Assembly (NCBI GenBank): GCA_023515725.1
Contig: JALDTO010000136.1
Span: 1-64,000, forward strand
DNA from: Amoeboaphelidium protococcarum X5
Taxonomy: Eukaryota > Fungi > Aphelidiomycota
Direction of reading: 5' to 3'
DNA length: 64,000 nt
Below the pieces are notes generated by a model. That model made no database searches and was not told where the DNA came from. It was given only the letters and a program-made list of their open reading frames with translations. The position numbers were made by a program, and so were the translations under genes. Below, piece by piece: positions 11,946-28,001 of the stretch (its first letter is position 1; every line of letters starts with the position of its first letter).

Positions 11946-12262
11946 GCAAAGTGAAGAATGATTGTTTACTTATATGCAATAAATTAAAAAGGGTACGTGT
12001 TTTAGTGTCAGGTTTAAAGTGCGAATTTTCTCTCTCATTTTAAGGTAGTCACGGACGTACTATGATAACTCAAACTCTCGCCTTCGACTTCTCGCGTAAA
12101 ACTGGGTCACCCGTAGCGCACGCTTTATCTTCAAGCCTTTAAATTTTCTTGTGATCTACGGAGCTCGCTTATCTTCTTTAGCTTCCACATCTCTCAGAGC
12201 ATCTTAGTAGATTCTTCAATCAAATAAAACTAAAGATTTTCCGTTTATTAAAGAGACACGCA

Positions 12263-15157
<2,895 letters not shown>

Positions 15158-15234
15158 TCATCACAATATGATAACATAGTAAGTATAAAGCCATAAAATT
15201 TTGATAGTTGCATTATATTTTCAAGAGTATTTTC

Positions 15235-16236
15235 TCACTGTCTAAAAACTTCGTCTACAATGTCCATCTCAGTCTTTGGAATATGAGCCTCAGACGCCTT
15301 GAGAGCCTTGTGCTGATTAGCCTTCATTCTCTGCACGTATTTCTAACTACCGGCAGCCTTCTGCATAGATCTGATAGTGTTAGGTGACACGTAGTCAGGA
15401 TTCTCATACATCACCTATCCACTGAAGCTACCATCGAACACCTTGATAGGATTTAACACAAATCGAGGTCCAATCTCAACCAACGAAGGAGGATCCTTCT
15501 TCTCTTTAGCGGAGCTTGCACTAACAGCTGCAGGCACAATTTAAAAATTACGGAACCAAACGCGTCCATCCACAATGCTGAAAGTAAACACATGGTCATG
15601 GAATGGCTTACTCTTCCTATGGCCACGAGGAGTACCGAAATTGTGAATGAGGAGCTATTTAATCACCGACAGGTGAGCACATTCATCAAACTGGGCATCA
15701 AACGACAGAAGCGGACGCGATCCTTTAAGACAGTTTCCAGTCATCTTCAACTCATCCATAGTGTGCAGATTCTAAACTAAAAATTTGCATGATGGTCCAT
15801 TTGGCGTCTTACTGAGCCACATGTACAAATCTTGTCCTTTGCGAATCTCAAGATAGAGTGTGTTGTTGCAATTATTCAGCTCTGCCAGCTCATTCAACAT
15901 CTTGATATCACCCTTCGCGTCAAACTTGGAGTCCTTCTTTGCATGCGGCAACAGAGCCTCCAGATCTTTCAGAAAATGCCTCTATCTCTGATTAATACCA
16001 CGAGAAGATAATAGCATGACGCGTTATTTATTCTTGAAAAATGTACCTGCTGCCGCTGCTGATTATGAATCGTCACCATCATGCAATGATTTCTTTTCAT
16101 CCGATTTTCTCACTGAAGTGGTAGTAGATTAGCCACCGGTTGCCAAAAGTGCCTTCTTACCAGTCAGCACAACTTCCTCTGAAGCATCAGAAAACTCGCT
16201 CTCATCAAACTCGTCACTATACTACGCCTGATCCAT
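15235..16236 (-). CDS. BRX1: Ribosome biogenesis protein Brx1 (Brix domain), 333 aa
   Basis: RVMLLSSRGINQRQRH, LLPHAKKDSKFD, ELNNCNN, PNGPSCKF, ELKMTGNCLKGSRP, SLVEIGPRFVLNPIKVFDGSFSG. Confidence 0.96.
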
Positions 16237-16630
16237 AATAAGTGTATCTTTGTATTTTGATTCAATCAATAAATGCTGTGGCAGTCACTATATCGACGGA
16301 GTAAAAGTGGAATCTCTTTATGATATTTTCCACTTTTTCTCTTCTCGTCGCGCGTTTCTTCTACAGACGTTTGTATTGTCCTCTTTGCCTTCGTTCGTCG
16401 CGTTGATGAAGCTAAAGCTTCGCTGTTCTGATCTCTCTTCTCCGCGCTAAGACTGTCGTAACTTTTCGAAACGATCGCTGCTAGTCTTTCTCTCTTCCCG
16501 TTTCGGCAAACGTTTCTCTCTAAAAACTGTTTCTTTCTATAGTCGTATCTTATCATATCATTTCCCTGAATTGAGTTGTACATTCTGTATTTCAACTTGA
16601 GTCAGATATATATCGCTGTATAATAATAGT

Positions 16631-19162
16631 ATGGATTTAAGTGTGGAAGAAAAGACTGTTGTGCATCGCCTCAAGTCTCCGGTGAGAGATGTAGATTTTG
16701 ATTTGCCTGTTCCGAGAGGTGAGAAGCAGCAGTCCGGTGATAGTCAAGATATGGATGTTGAGGGTAACAATGAAGCTGAAGATGCGGCTGCTACTACTGA
16801 TTTCAGTTAGGCAGAGGATACTGAATAGGAAGAAGATTATGAGAATTCTGAAGATGAAGAAGACGAAGCTGATTAAGATGAAAGTGATAATGGCGAGTCT
16901 ACAGAAGAAGAAGAAGAAGAAGAAGAAGAAGAGGACGATTACAGCGAAGATTAAATGGCATAAAAGTCGAATTAAAAGTCTAGATAGTCTCAAAGTGTTA
17001 ATGGTATTAATAAAAAGAAGCGAAAAGTTGAGAGCGACAATGACAGCGAATGCAATGATGGTGATCAGTCTGCCATGGAAGATATCAAGCCCAATGGCAA
17101 AGGTAAACTATCTAAATCCAATTCATAAAAACAGAACAAGAAGGTAAATGAGAGTAATAAGGCAAGCAAGTCCAACAAGAAATTGAAGACTTAGAGCGAT
17201 GCTGAAGAGTCCAGTTAATCTCCATCTAAAAAACGAAAGTAGAAAGATGAAGATCAGTAAGAAGTTTATAAGTGGTGGGAAGAGCAGGATCACGATAATG
17301 AAATTAAATGGACTACGTTGGAGCATAAAGGACCTCAATTTCCGCCTGATTATGTTCCTCATGGTGTCTTAATGCGTTACGATGGTCAACCGGTGAAGTT
17401 GAGTCCACCATCTGAGGAAATTGCTGGATTCTTTGCCTAATTGCTTGGCACTCAGTACGTGGAAAATGAGACCTTTTGTAAGAACTTCTTTACCGACTTT
17501 CTAGAGTGTCTGAAGGAGAATGATCCTCAATGTCATATCATGGAGTTTGAGCTGTGCGATTTTACACCAATGAAGGAGCATTTTGACCGGCTTAAAGAGG
17601 AGAAGAAGCTTATGACTAAAGAGCAGAAGAATGAGATCAAGTTGCAGAAGAAGGCTATTGATGATGAGTTTGGATTTGCATATCTGGATGGTAGAAAGGA
17701 GAAGGTTGGCAATTTTCGTATTGAACCTCCTGGATTGTTCAGAGGTAGAGGTGAGCATCCGAAGACTGGTATGGTGAAGAAGAGAGTCATGCCTGAGTAG
17801 ATAACCATAAATATAGGTAAAGATGCCAAGGTGCCCGATCCTCCTGCCGGACATCAGTGGGGAGCTATTGTACATGATAACACTGTTGCGTGGTTGGCTA
17901 ATTGGACAGAGAATATTACTGGCGGAATCAAGTATGTCCGATTTTCGGATTAGTCATCTCTCAAAGGTATGAGTGATTTTAAGAAGTTTGAGAAGGCTCG
18001 CCAGCTCAAGGATCGTATTGATGAAATTCGTAAAGAGTACACTGAACAGTTGCGTGACAAATTGATGGTGACGAGATAACGCGCCACTGTGATTTGGCTC
18101 ATTGACAAGCTGGCTCTTCGTGCAGGTAATGAGAAGGGAGAAGATGAAGCCGATACCGTTGGTTGTTGTTCCCTCAGATTTGAGCATATCGCCTTGGAAG
18201 AGGATGAAGAGATGATACCTGATCCTGAGCGGCCTGGTGAGATGAAGAAGCACGTGAAGAAGATGGTTGTATTTGACTTTCTTGGTAAAGACTCGGTTCG
18301 TTACTACAACAGAGTTGAAGTTGATCCTATTATATGGAAGAATCTGAAGATTTTTAAGCGTCCTCCTAAGCGTGAAGGAGATCCTATATTTGATCGCTTG
18401 TCCACATCCTTAGTCAACGCTCATCTTAGTAAGCTTATGCCTGGACTCACAGCGAAGGTTTTCCGTACGTATAATGCATCTCATACATTCCAGATAGAGT
18501 TGGAAGACACTCCTGAGGATGCTACAGTTGCTGAGAAAATTCTTGCATATAACAGAGCCAATCGCCAGGTTGCTATCTTGTGTAATCACTAGCGAGCTGT
18601 CAGTAAGAATCACTCTACCCAGATGGAGAAGCTGCGCGAGAAGTTGCTCATGCTAAAGTACTAGCGACTTAATTGCAAGTAGTAAATGATTGAGTTGAAC
18701 GCCAAATTGAAAAAGAGTAGACCGGAACTAACTGAGCCTGAATCCGATCTGGATGAGGAGACTTATGCCAGGAAATAGAAGGAGGCTGCAGAGCTTGAAT
18801 AATAGAAATTGGAGAAGAAGTATGAGTCGCTTTGTGAAAAGGCTAAAGCAGCCGGTGGAGATCCACCTGCTAAAGAAGATGTGATGGCATCTGCAAGTCA
18901 GAAGAAGGACTCCACCATGGATCGCCTGGAAAAGCAGTACAAGTCGCTCTCAAACAAAATACTGACTCTCAAGTCTCAGTTAATTGACAGAGATGAGAAC
19001 AAGACCACCGCATTGGGCACTTCGAAAATCAATTACATTGATCCGCGTATTACCGCAGCTTGGGCAAAGAAACACGACGTGCCTATTGAGAAGATGTTCA
19101 CCAAGACTTTGCGCCAAAAGTTCACATGGGCCATGGATGTTGATGCAGACTGGGAGTTCTGA
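16631..19162 (+). CDS. TOP1: DNA topoisomerase I (type IB), 843 aa
   Basis: Acidic N-terminus. [57 protein letters not shown], catalytic [13 protein letters not shown] 19160-19162. Confidence 0.98.
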
Positions 19163-19519
19163 TTGACTGATTGATTAATTGCGTGATACCCGGCAGTGAT
19201 ATATGATTGTACTCTCTAATTATTTTCAAGGCTAGTTTAAACATCTTTTGCCTTCATTCTCCGCACGACAACGTATATGCAATGCTATAGAAAGAGCGGC
19301 TGGGTTCAACTCCCTCCAAGGTCTTGCTGCCAAGCTCTCGTCGCGTCTCTTATTGAGAAACGACGAAGAATCGCCGGGCGATAAATTGGCAGAGCAGCTC
19401 TCTAAACATAATAAGGTATCTACAATGCTATATAACACCTCTTTGCTCTCAAAAATACATTTGTTCAAGCGCAAGTTTAGTTCACTACACTAAACTAATG
19501 CTAAAAATTGCATTTCTAG

Positions 19520-19544
19520 TATATATATATATATATATATATAT
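19520..19544. repeat. (TA)n microsatellite
   Basis: About 12 perfect TA units. Confidence 0.9.
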
Positions 19545-20185
19545 TTGATATAGAGCAGCTAGTATCAACTCTCTTCCGAAAACTGGTACATTTGTCGCAA
19601 TTCAGAAATGCAGTTTTCGTTTGCCAAGTTTGGCAAACTTCACACACCCGCATAAGCTCACTGTTATAACTCAACAATTTATATAGAACTAGTATATCAT
19701 TGGATGCGCTACAAGCTTGCACAAATGGAATTGGTCATTACTTGAGTGGTGACATTGTTACCGCCAGTTGAACTCCAGATAACACAATGTGTGGCTACTT
19801 ATGCCCAATCAATCAACTATAGTGCCACCATATAACATTCTAACCACTCTAAGACTTGATAGAACTATGGAGTCGACCATCAAGAATCTATAAAGTCGTA
19901 CTTCAAGTGCTAAATCGCCAGCCTCGAAAGGTGAGATACTTTAGGCCATATTTTATGGCTAATCTTTTGACTTTAGCCAGAAAATGTGGCTAAAGTGTCT
20001 GACGTTATGAGGAGTGATCTTGAAACACTAATATTTGGTGGATAGGTGTAGTTTTGGATGTTCTTTAGAATGGTACTATTGAAAGTGGTCAAAGACTAAC
20101 TGGTTACCCTTGGATAGCGGCGAGAAGTCCAGTTTTGACTCCGCGCAGCCACTCATTGCGCCACTGCGAGCGTCTTGGTGTCAAA

Positions 20186-21275
20186 CTGCTCACTCACAAC
20201 GGCAAAACTCATGCCAAGCATTTGCCGACTGCTTTGGGAAATTCAGTATGGTCAAAAGCGTATATCCAAGTAATTTCCAACTGTGCTCAAGTTATCTACT
20301 CGATGTGCTGTTCCATTCTAACTGATAGAATTGCCCAGTCAGTTACCTCTAAGTAAGGCCGCGCGAGCCAGTGTCTAGCTATTAGAATTGCGCGCAGGCA
20401 ACATCAATACTCATGCTGCGCATTCGCTGGTGGCTCTGGGTGATTCAATATGCTTAATATTGTATGTCTAAGTAATTTTCAAGTGTGGTGAACTGGTCTG
20501 CTCGCTGTACTGTCACATTCTAACCTCTAGAATTTCTCAGCTGTATATTCTAAAAAATTAGACTGCTCACTCACAGCTTCAAAAAGAATGCTGCGCTCTC
20601 GCAGCTGCTTCATTTGATTTAGTATAGACAATATATTATATCCAAGTAGTTTTCAAGTGTTTAATGTTGCCTACTCAGTGTGCTGTTACATTCTAATCTG
20701 TGGAATCGCTCGGTTAACATATAGTGATGCGCTATGCTGATATTCTAATAACTAGACTCTGACCCCTCAACACCAAACGTCATGCTGTACATTTGCTGGC
20801 TACTTCAGATGATTCAGTATGGTCAATAATATATTTCTTAACAGTTTTCAAGTTCCCGCACGTTGTCTACTCAATGTACTGTCACATTCTAGTTTCTAGA
20901 ATTTCTTAGCCGGATATTCTGATATCTAGACTCTGCTCCCTCAAGACTGAACCTGAAGCTGCGCATTCGCTGGCTGCTTCAGGTGATTCAGTATGCTTAA
21001 TACTGTATATCTAAGACGTTGTCAAGTTTGCTAAAGTTGCCTACTCCGTGCGCTGTCAGATTCTAATTATTAGAATTTCTGAAGCGGATATTCTAAAGTT
21101 TAGCCTGCTCTCTCGCAACACCAAAACTCATTCTGCGTATTCGCTGACTGCTTTAGATGATTCAGTATGGTCGATATATTATGTCCAAGTAGTTTTCAAT
21201 TATGCTGAAGTTGGCGACTCGCTGTGCTGTTACATTCTACTCTTTAGGATCGCTCAGTAAACTCCAGGTGAGGCG
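20186..21275. repeat. Degenerate tandem array of ~174-bp units (about 6 copies)
   Basis: Recurring blocks ...tcatgctgcgcattcgctggctgct..gatgattcagtatggtcaat..tatatccaagtagttttcaag..ctactc..tgtgctgtcacattcta..tagaatt.., starting near 20186, 20400, 20563, 20757, 20931 and 21103. Confidence 0.85.
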
Positions 21276-21834
21276 GCACCTAACCAGTGACTATTAAGCA
21301 GCATGGGTAATAAGTAAGGTTACAACACCATAAAGCTGCCATTACTCAAAACTTAGTGTATTCTGATAGTGAAGCACCTGTCCACTCTCCGATCTCAGCC
21401 TGGAATGTACAGTTTGCGGTTTTATCACAACTCTGTCAACGGCCACAGGCGACAGCATTAAGTAAGCTACCGCGCAATATAATATTCGAAAATAATGCAA
21501 CTAAGGAAAGGAATATCAGTACATAAAATAAGGTGCTAAAATTTGAATTCACAACCATTGATGTGCTGATGAAATTTCGTTGGTGAGTGAGAATTTTCCA
21601 CTGTCGATATCATCAGTCTTTGTTGTTTCAGCTCGCAAATTCTTTTCTCGCTCTGGGCTCTGGGTGAAACAAAACGAACTCTGCACGTTATTTCTTATTG
21701 TTCCTGTTGTTGTTATTTGTCCAGTCCATTGAAGTGTAATAATAATAATAATAATAATAATAAGAGTGAGTGTACTGTGAGTTATCACAGTTTTTATTTT
21801 GAATTTATACACTTTGATATATACAGCTCTAATT

Positions 21835-24074
21835 ATGGCAGACGTTTATCCTGGAACTCGTGGACTGAATAAGGCTGATGGCGGTGCTGCAAAGCGTCGA
21901 GACAAACTTACCAAAAATGACGCTGACCTCCCACCGGTACCCAAGTATAATCAGAAATAGAGCTGTCCTTCACCTCCATCTGTTCTAAAAGACAAAAAAT
22001 CTACAGTACAGTTTACAAAGGGGAAGCTGCTTGGAGAGGTATGTGCTTTTTGATTATAATGCCTGAGTTTGATACATTTAATACTATGTAAGAGTGAGTG
22101 TAGGGTGGTTTTGCCAAGTGTTATGAAGTATGGGATTAGAATGGCACAAGATTCGCAGCTAAAGTAGTTCCCAAAGTGTCGCTCAAGTCTGAAAAGTCCA
22201 AGCAGAAGCTGTTCACAGAGATCAAGATTCACTAGAACTTGAAACATTCTAATATTGTCAAGTTTAAGCAAGTTTTTGAGGACTCGAGTAATGTGTACAT
22301 GATTCTGGAGTTGTGTGAGAATAAGACTTTTGTTGAGATGATAAAGAAGCGCAGAAAGTTGTTAGAAGCTGAAGCTCGGTATTATATGAAGCAGTTGTTG
22401 GATGCTCTGACGTATTTACATTAGAAGCGGGTTATTCATCGTGACTTGAAGCTTGGTAATCTGTTCTTGTCTAGTTCCATGGATATTAAAGTGGGCGATT
22501 TTGGTCTGGCTACTATTGTTAAGTATGATGGTGAGCGGAAGAAGACAATCTGTGGTACTCCGAATTATATTGCACCAGAGATTCTGTTTGACAGGGAGCA
22601 TGGACATAGTTTTGAAGTTGATCTATGGTCTATCGGTGTAATTCTATATACATTTCTAGTGGGAAAGCCGCCGTTTTAAACTAAAGACGTCAAGGAGATT
22701 TACCGAAATATCCGTGAAAATAATTACGTCTATCCAGAAGGCTGTGAAATATCTGCAATGTCTAAAGACTTGATTTCGTCACTTCTCAGCTCTAAGCCTT
22801 CAGACAGGCCAACTATACAGGAGATTTTTGACCATCCATGGTTTTAGCTGAATATTCCTAAACATATTCCAACTTCGGCTCTTTTGACAGTTCCTGAGCT
22901 GTTTGCGACGAATCAAATGCCAATGTTTAACAAGTTGCAAATTTAGAACATGGAGACTCCTTCCTCTGCCGTAAGTAAGAGGCTGCAAGGCATGTCGATA
23001 CAAAGAGAAGCTGCTGTACGCCGTACGCCTTTGTCTGATTTGAAGAATAAATAAAGTCCTGTAGTTGTGGCTGTGCGTGATGTTTAAGTGATGGCAACTA
23101 AACCAGTTACATAACAATCTCCGCTCTGGAATGTGCAAAAGGTACAGAGAGAGAATGTTGTCGTTGTACCAAAATAAAGTGTCACTCCAGTGCACAACAT
23201 TACCGGGACTCCTGCATCTTCGCTAGCAAGAATGAGTATAAACAGTGGTACTCCTTCTACACCAGTTAATTACGTGAATAGTTCTGACAAAGCTGTTTCT
23301 AAGTTGCATATCAGTCCTTAACAGGCTCCTGCTGGTGGTAGAAAGTCTATGCTAGAGTCTATGCTGTATCACATTAGTGAAGCTTTGACGTGCTCAAAAT
23401 CTGGCAAGTCATTCAAGTTTGGTGTCCCAGCATCATCCTCCATCACGGCTCCTAAAGTATTCATTAGCAAGTGGATTGATTACTCGAACAAGTACGGACT
23501 TGGATACTAGTTAACTAACGGCTCTATCGGTGTCCATTTCAATGACTCTTCTAGTATTATTTTGGCGGCTAATGAAAAGAATTTTGAGTATCTGGAATAT
23601 GCAAAAGGAACTGAGAGATCTGTGATGAACAGACATGCGTACGTTCTTGGTGATTATCCTCAGTCGTTGAACAAGAAAGTGACACTGCTGAAGCACTTTA
23701 CCGGTTATATGAACGAGAACTTGTACAAGGCTGAATACGCATTTCAAGATGTAGACAAGACGCAGAATCTGGATTTCCTTGTAAAGTATATGAGAACAAA
23801 GCACGCTGTGATGTTCCGTCTCACTAATAGGATTGTATAGATCAATTTTTTTGATCACAGCAAGTTGATTCTGTCACATGATGGACTTGTCGTCACATTT
23901 ATTAATCGTGATAGATAGCTCAAGACGTATTCCCTGGCATAGATTGTATCTACTGAGAAGGGTGACATTCTGAGTAGACTCAAGTATGCATGTGACATTC
24001 TGGATAATCTGACAAAGCCCAAGAGTTCCCAGAAAAAGGCTTGCTCTGATGAGAAATAGAAAAAGTTTTAATGA
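21835..24074 (+). CDS. CDC5: Polo-like kinase (Cdc5/Plk1)
   Basis: LGE/GGFAKCY (intron 22039-22103), [30 protein letters not shown]. Polo boxes [17 protein letters not shown] and FFDHSKL. Ends TAA-TGA at 24069-24074. Confidence 0.96.
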
Positions 24075-24704
24075 GTAGCTATTGATGGAAGTTGATGATG
24101 TAATGGTTTGATGAAGATATAAAAATGATGAAGATGATAATGATGAAGATGAAAATAAATTGGATTATTGTTACTTGAACTACCTTAAAATGGTTTACGA
24201 GCCTCTTTAATTCAAATCATCTGAAATTAACGACTTATCGATTTCAATGCAACTTCAAGTTTTGAATATTGATCACGGCAGTATATCAACTCACCAACAG
24301 CGTAAGATAGTGGTCTTAACTTTTAGCTGTGAAAAAGCTTCATATGTTCTACTCTTAATTATCTGTTACAGTACAACAGGCCAAAGGATAAATTCAAGCC
24401 ACACTTTCTGTTTCAAGATTGGAAGGTGGCGTTTTCCCTTTCCTGGATATCGCCGCTTAAGTCGTTGTCGTCAGTGTTGTCGTTGGTTGTTTGAACGGCA
24501 AAGCGCTCGAAACGATTTCCTCCGTCGTTCGTTCGTTGTTGAATTTGTTTAGGAAAACGCTCAGCTCACACACACTCACGAAGAAAGAGAAGTCTCTCAC
24601 TCACCGTTTCTCCCTCTCTCTCTCTCTGTATTCTTTGGTGTTGTTTAGTATAAGCATTGTCGTAATAATCGCCTCAATAACTTACGTTTAAATCTATCGC
24701 AAAT

Positions 24705-26250
24705 AGTAAGTTGTTCATATACAATATCTTTAATTAGAGTCCTCTCATACGCTTATAAGTGTAGTGTCCAAGTTTGTTCGTGCATCCAAGTACCGTAACT
24801 TTATTCATTCCACTTGGAGACAACAATTACAACATCTAACAATTACTGTGGTGTTTGTGTAGGTCACGTTTTTGGTACCGCTAATAAGAGAGAGTAGTGT
24901 TATGAGAATCTGAGAGTGTCCCGTAATGCTTGGGACACTAACTTGTGTAAGGCCAATGCTCGTTTCATTTCTGTAAACTTGGAGGCTGGCGGTGGTGGTC
25001 AGTTTGCTGTTATTCCACTGGAGCAGGTGGGCAAGTTGGCTAACGACCTTCCAGTGTTCAGTGGCCATACCGGTGCAGTCTTGGATACTGACTTCAACCC
25101 GTTTAATGATTACGTGGTTGCCAGTGGATCTGAGGATTGCAAAGTTTGTGTCTGGTCCATTCCAGAGGGTGGTTTGAAGGAGAACTGCAATGCTCCTGCT
25201 TTGTCTTTTGATAAGCACACTCGTAAAGTTGGACATGTTCTTTTCCATCCAACTGCTGAGAATGTTTTGCTGAGTTCTGGTGCTGACTTGTTGATCAAGT
25301 TGTACGACATCAAGAAGGGAGCAGAGTAGCAGGATGTCACTGGCCACCCAGATATTGTCAACTCCATCGTTTACAACTATGATGGATCCATGCTGGCAAC
25401 TACCTGTAAGGACAAGAAGATCCGTCTTGTTGACCCACGTGGCAACAAGATTGTGGCTGAAACTAATGGTCATCAAGGTGTGAAGGGAACTCGTGTCTGC
25501 TGGTTGGGCGACTCCCAGTACATCATTTCTACCGGTTTCTCCAAGACCAGTGATCGTCAGTATGGTCTGTGGGACTCCAGAAACATGAACGAGGCAATCA
25601 AGATTGAGAACTTGGACACCATGTCTGGTGGTCTGATGCCGTTCTATGACCAGGACACTCGCATGATCTACCTGGCTGGCAAAGGTGATGGTAACATTCG
25701 CTACTTTGAGTTCGAGGTGGCCGAGGATGGACCTCACATGTACTACTTGACTGAGTACAAGTCTGCCGACCCTCAACGTGGTGTTGCTTTCTTGCCTAAA
25801 CGTGCACTGAACATCAATGAGTGTGAGATCTCTCGTGTGTACAAGGTGCACCCTGATCGTGTTGAGCCAATCTCTTTCAAGGTGCCTCGTAAGTCTGATC
25901 AATTCCAGGCTGACATCTTCCCTCCAACTGCTAGCGATAAGCCAACTCTATCTGCTGATGAGTGGTTCGGCGGTAAGAACGGTAAGCCTACTCTGGTCAG
26001 CCTGGAGAAGGGATTCGTGCCTAGTGCAAAGAAGGAGTTCGTCACTGAAGGTATCTCCCCAGCTCAGGCCGCCAATGATCCTCTGAAGAATCCTCAGAGT
26101 GAGAAGGAGTACCAGGATGGTTTCCACGTTCTGCGCAAGGAGAATGATGCTCTGAAGAATGAAGTTGCCCAGAAGGATGTCAGAATTCGCCAGCTGGAGT
26201 TGCAGTTGGAGAATTTGATGGCCAACGGTGGCGGCAACAAGGGAAAGTGA
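24705..26250 (+). CDS. CRN1: Coronin (WD40 actin-binding protein), start codon split by an intron
   Basis: A(24705) + intron 24706-24764 + TG TCC AAG TTT GTT CGT gives MSKFVRASKYR. Intron 24795-24862, then HVFG..., LAGKGDGNIRYFE, PISFKVPRKSDQFQADIFP and a C-terminal coiled coil. TGA 26248-26250. Confidence 0.96.
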
Positions 26251-26442
26251 TTGGAATATTCTGCTGACTAGGAGGAGGATTCAGTTGCTGAATACTTTAA
26301 TAGTTTTGTGCGTGAAAGGTGAAGAAAATATGGATGGAAAATGGAAATTTTGAGTTGAATTCCATCTTTTTTATCTTGCTTATTTCCCTTAACATCAGCA
26401 AATATTAAATCAAATTACAATATTATAAATCTAATATATAAA

Positions 26443-27582
26443 TCAGTTCAAAATACTCTTCAGTGCGGACATTGTGATAAGAATTGCCTCTTCCGATCTA
26501 ATTGTTCTACTACCTTAATCAGGACAAGTGTTGAGCCAGAAATCAAACAAGTCACGACTATCCTCCGGGTTAATAGATGTGGACTCCATCAGATCCTGAT
26601 CACCTTCAACGCACACTTCAATACCTAGCAGTCCTCCAAACACAATCAGTAAGTGTTTAGCATCTGCGTACTTTGATTATAGAGCATCACGCACAGTCTA
26701 GTTGGATAGCATATCATCACCTCGCTCCGACGTACCAATAGTCATATCATAGCCTCCATCATAAGGACACGATTTGAATACATCGGAGAAACTACCAGCC
26801 TGCCTCACCTCATATCCCCAATAACTTCCCGACTGAGTGGGTATGCGAGGAGACACTATGGATACTTTAAGCTTCCTGCAAGCTTTCATCATTTTCAACT
26901 TTTTCTACTACGGAGAATCGTGTGAAGAACTGCTATTGCCGCCACCACTATGATGATGGTGTTGATTGTGACAATACTTATCCAGTGCCGCTTAAGGATC
27001 GCTAAGCTTGAGAGTGACGCGCTAATTTTGTTTAATATTCTCAATCAACAGAGGATCCACCTTTACCATGACATGTTTATCAAATCCACAATCAACCTCC
27101 ACCTAGGACTTGGCTTGATCAACTTTGATGACGAGACCTTCACGATATTCCGATAGCTCAGTCTTACGCAAATGATGTGGCGCGTCAATAGGATTGAGGA
27201 GGCCAGCGAATTTCAGATTAGGGTGATGAGGAAATAAACTTTTGCGCAGATACTGCGGAGTTTCCAGGTAGCGAAGAACATGCGTCATGAATGTCTATGA
27301 ATTGAATCGCTTGCTAGATGAAGGACTGAACTCTTCTCCACCATCATCATCATTATGCTAGTCACCTTCCCTCTTTTCGGATTATCCCTTGCTACTCTCC
27401 TACTAGAAAGCAATCACCTCGTCCACTTTAAATATCACCATACTACGCGCAATCTACCCAATTAGGTATGTTTTTAGATCTGGCGACTGAGCATTATCCA
27501 GAATTGAAGATGGAAAAGCAATTGACACTGTACGCGTCTATGGGGTCTACGATTTTTAAAATTAATAAGAAGCCACCGTCAT
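26443..27582 (-). CDS. SPOUT1: SPOUT-domain methyltransferase (SPOUT1/C9orf114, DUF171), 379 aa
   Basis: TVSIAFPSSILDNAQSPDLKTYLIGQIAR, YLETPQYLRKSLFP, AGLLNPIDAPHH, YWGYEVR, IGTSERG, IVFGG, NTCPDQGSRTIRSEEAI. Confidence 0.93.
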
Positions 27583-28001
27583 ATTAAATAATTAAACCCT
27601 AGCGTTTTCGTATTGATAAAATGTCAGCAGTATAGTTTTTATCGCTTTTTATTTCAATGAGAGACTGCGTTTCAAAGTGAGAAGCGACCCTTGAAGAGTT
27701 TAGGTTATTGTAAACGAAAGGCTTTCATACCACTGTAATCTTTGGTTATAAAATGAATCTCGTGAATAATTAAAGCAGATTAGACATACGAGCGAATAAT
27801 AAATTATTGTCTCACTCACTCTAAAAAGAACTATACAGTATTAGCCAATGAAGTGAGATAAAGTTCAGGTCTTTCACTTGCCGTCTGACCGTTTGTTCTC
27901 TCGTTAGTTCTCACGCAGTTTCCTTTGTCTCGGGCCTTTTCAAAGCTGTTGTAACGATTAATTGTATTACGTGGTGTAAATTAATCAAGTGACAATATAT
28001 A

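Noticed and set aside
16637-17147. Poly-Phe and poly-Lys ORFs
   Set aside because: Off-frame and antisense readings of the (GAA)n acidic N-terminus of TOP1.
19620-19637. Inverted repeat tttgccaa-gt-ttggcaaa
   Set aside because: A single 8-bp palindrome is plausible by chance in 64 kb and has no associated element.
24805-25902. 365-aa minus-strand ORF, the longest in the track
   Set aside because: Antisense shadow of coronin caused by its biased codon usage; no protein features of its own.
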